A stretch of 64,000 nucleotides of DNA from Guillardia theta CCMP2712 (taxonomy: Eukaryota > Protista > Cryptophyta). Both the position numbers and the translations under genes were made by a program. Shown here in pieces: positions 62,286 through 64,000 of this stretch. Below the pieces are notes generated by a model. That model worked only from the letters and a program-made list of their open reading frames with translations, searched no databases and was not told where the DNA came from. How positions within the stretch are numbered: position 1 is the stretch's first letter; each line of letters begins with the position of its first letter. The stretch spans positions 1 to 64,000 of the forward strand of contig NW_005434672.1 in assembly GCF_000315625.1 (NCBI RefSeq), read 5' to 3'.

Positions 62286-63435
62286 ATGAAGATCCATGCA
62301 CTTTCAATCTCTAGGTGGAAGCATGCGGACGCATCGATCAAGGAACCCGTGCATCTCTGTGAGCTACAACTTCTCTTCATGATTCTCCAATAACAAGTGT
62401 CACAGGTTATGCGGTGGACGTCAGCCAGCTGAGTTTCTTTCAAGTATCATCTTCATTGACTCCTCAACGTCTCTCACGCTGAATATGTCAGAGAGGCACT
62501 GTGAAGGAGATCACAGCTCTTGTGCTTCGGACATGTGTAGCAAAGACTAACCCCGGAGATTACCAGAGGCTGGAGCATGAAGGCGAGTCTAGGGAGATTC
62601 CCAGGTTTCGTTGACTGACTGGCATGGCAGGAAACTATATTTACATCATTTGTCGTCACAATGGCATCTCCGGTCGGTCTAACCTGTGTGGAGGTTGTTT
62701 GCATGATAACAAGGCTATTCTTGCAAACAGGTGTCTGCATCACTGACTCGGAGTACCCTCAACGGGTTTACTGTCATGTTTGTTGATTTACAGTCTGACA
62801 AATTGACAGGTCGCCTTTGCGATCATCACGAAGCTCTTAGATGACTTCACTGAAGCAAACAATGGAAAGGTGACTCGCTCGTTTTCTCTGCTGGACAGTC
62901 CTGACTGTCGACAAGTGGTCGGAAGACAAGAACGACAATTGTATGTCCTTTCCAGACCTTGAGCAGGTCAAGTCACAGAGTTTGACATCGCCGACCTGAC
63001 GCTTTGCTCGCAAAGGCTCTTGTCAAGTACCAGGACCCTGCGGAAGCCGACAAGATCACCAAGATCCAGAGGTGAGAAGTCTGTTAGAGCGAGCAAGCAC
63101 CTGATGGACTTTGAATCAGAGAACTGGAGGAGACGAAACAGGTTCGTTGCACTCGGGATGGTGAGAATGCAAGTGTAAAGCACCTGGTGCAGGTGTTGTA
63201 CAACACTATCGATGCTGTGCTGGCGCGTGGGTGAGAGTCGTCGGACGTTGGACTAGGTTTGAGTCTCACGGTTGTGCAGGGAGAAGCTCGATGATCTCAT
63301 CGACAAGAGTGACTCGCTGTCACTTCAGGTGAGGGTTGAGCATCGGGCAAGATGGTAGCGTGACATGAACTCCGGTAGAGCAAGAAGTTCTACAAGACGG
63401 CGAAAAAGCATAACCAATGCTGTGAGATTATGTGA
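62286..63435 (+). CDS. YKT6: R-SNARE YKT6 (longin + SNARE + CCAAX), many micro-exons
   Basis: MKIHAL.., DVSQLSFFQ, CITDSEYPQR, KYQDPAEADKITKIQRELEETK, RGEKLDDLIDKS, KKFYKTAKKHNQCCEIM*. Confidence 0.93.
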
Positions 63436-63529
63436 AAATATCTGACGTGTTCAATGAACCTGTACAAACGGCAACTTAAATACTTGAAAAGTGTGCCAAA
63501 TAGTCCGAGGCTAATCTGATCGGACGCTA

Positions 63530-64000
63530 ATCACCACGAGTCCGATGATCTGTGGCCGGGCCGGCGGCGAGCGGCATGCGGAATCGGAACACGGTGACTG
63601 CTCAGCCTGACGCTGAGTGCTGAGTCACGGTTGCTTTCGCCGGGGAGAGCCCGGCGCCTGCGCCGCCGGCCGGCCCCGCCGGCCCGGTACCCGGCTGGGC
63701 GGGCCCGGGGCACGTTGATTGAATGCCGCTATCCGATCGCGCCGTCAGCCTTGCAAGTCGCCCCCGGGGCAGGCTGCCGTGTCGGACACTCTGCGGCCCG
63801 ACACGACTCGGCGAGTCGGGCCTCGGAAGCTGCGGCAGTGCGGCCCGGCTGACGCTGGTGGTCGGAGCCTGGAAGTTCGGGTGACAGTACTACGGTAAGT
63901 TGGCCGGGCCGGGTCTGGTCTACCATCATTGCAGGTTCTGCAGTCTATTTCCGGCGGAGCGTCACTATGGGCGAAGGTGGCTGTCGTGCCGGTGGTGAGG
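63530..64000. repeat. GC-rich palindromic-word island 7
   Basis: Same composition; begins ~100 bp after the YKT6 stop. Confidence 0.75.

Overview
Gene-dense eukaryotic nuclear DNA with many ~45-55 bp introns, (CCCTAAA)n telomeric repeats at the left end and bipartite plastid-targeting leaders. These features point to an alga with a red-derived complex plastid, most likely a cryptophyte such as Guillardia (inference). The first ~3.4 kb is subtelomeric: a 19-bp repeat array, telomeric tracts, a frameshifted ~750-codon ORF and a Tourist/PIF-like MITE. About 17 genes follow: DRG GTPase, coiled-coil/PH protein, Cys/His-repeat protein, tRNA-Trp, two divergent CDK-like paralogs, a double-CBM20 protein, a PH-AGC kinase, NXF1/Mex67-like, DDA1-like, BRD8-like, a DHH/DUF6687-like protein, class II aldolase, an ankyrin protein, an FN3 protein, DUF155/RMD1 and YKT6. 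There are also two copies of a 2.6-kb element with 23-bp terminal inverted repeats (TIRs). Three observations stand out. (1) Three unrelated proteins carry a signal peptide followed by a ubiquitin-C-terminus-like (L)R[LM]xGG motif just before the mature domain; all three fit periplastid functions, and two stroma-type leaders in the window lack the motif. (2) GC-rich intergenic islands built from short palindromic words recur, host the TIR element and show micro-insertion between repeat copies. (3) A 19-mer repeat is joined to the telomeric repeats twice at nearly the same junction. Exon boundaries were read by eye and are approximate.
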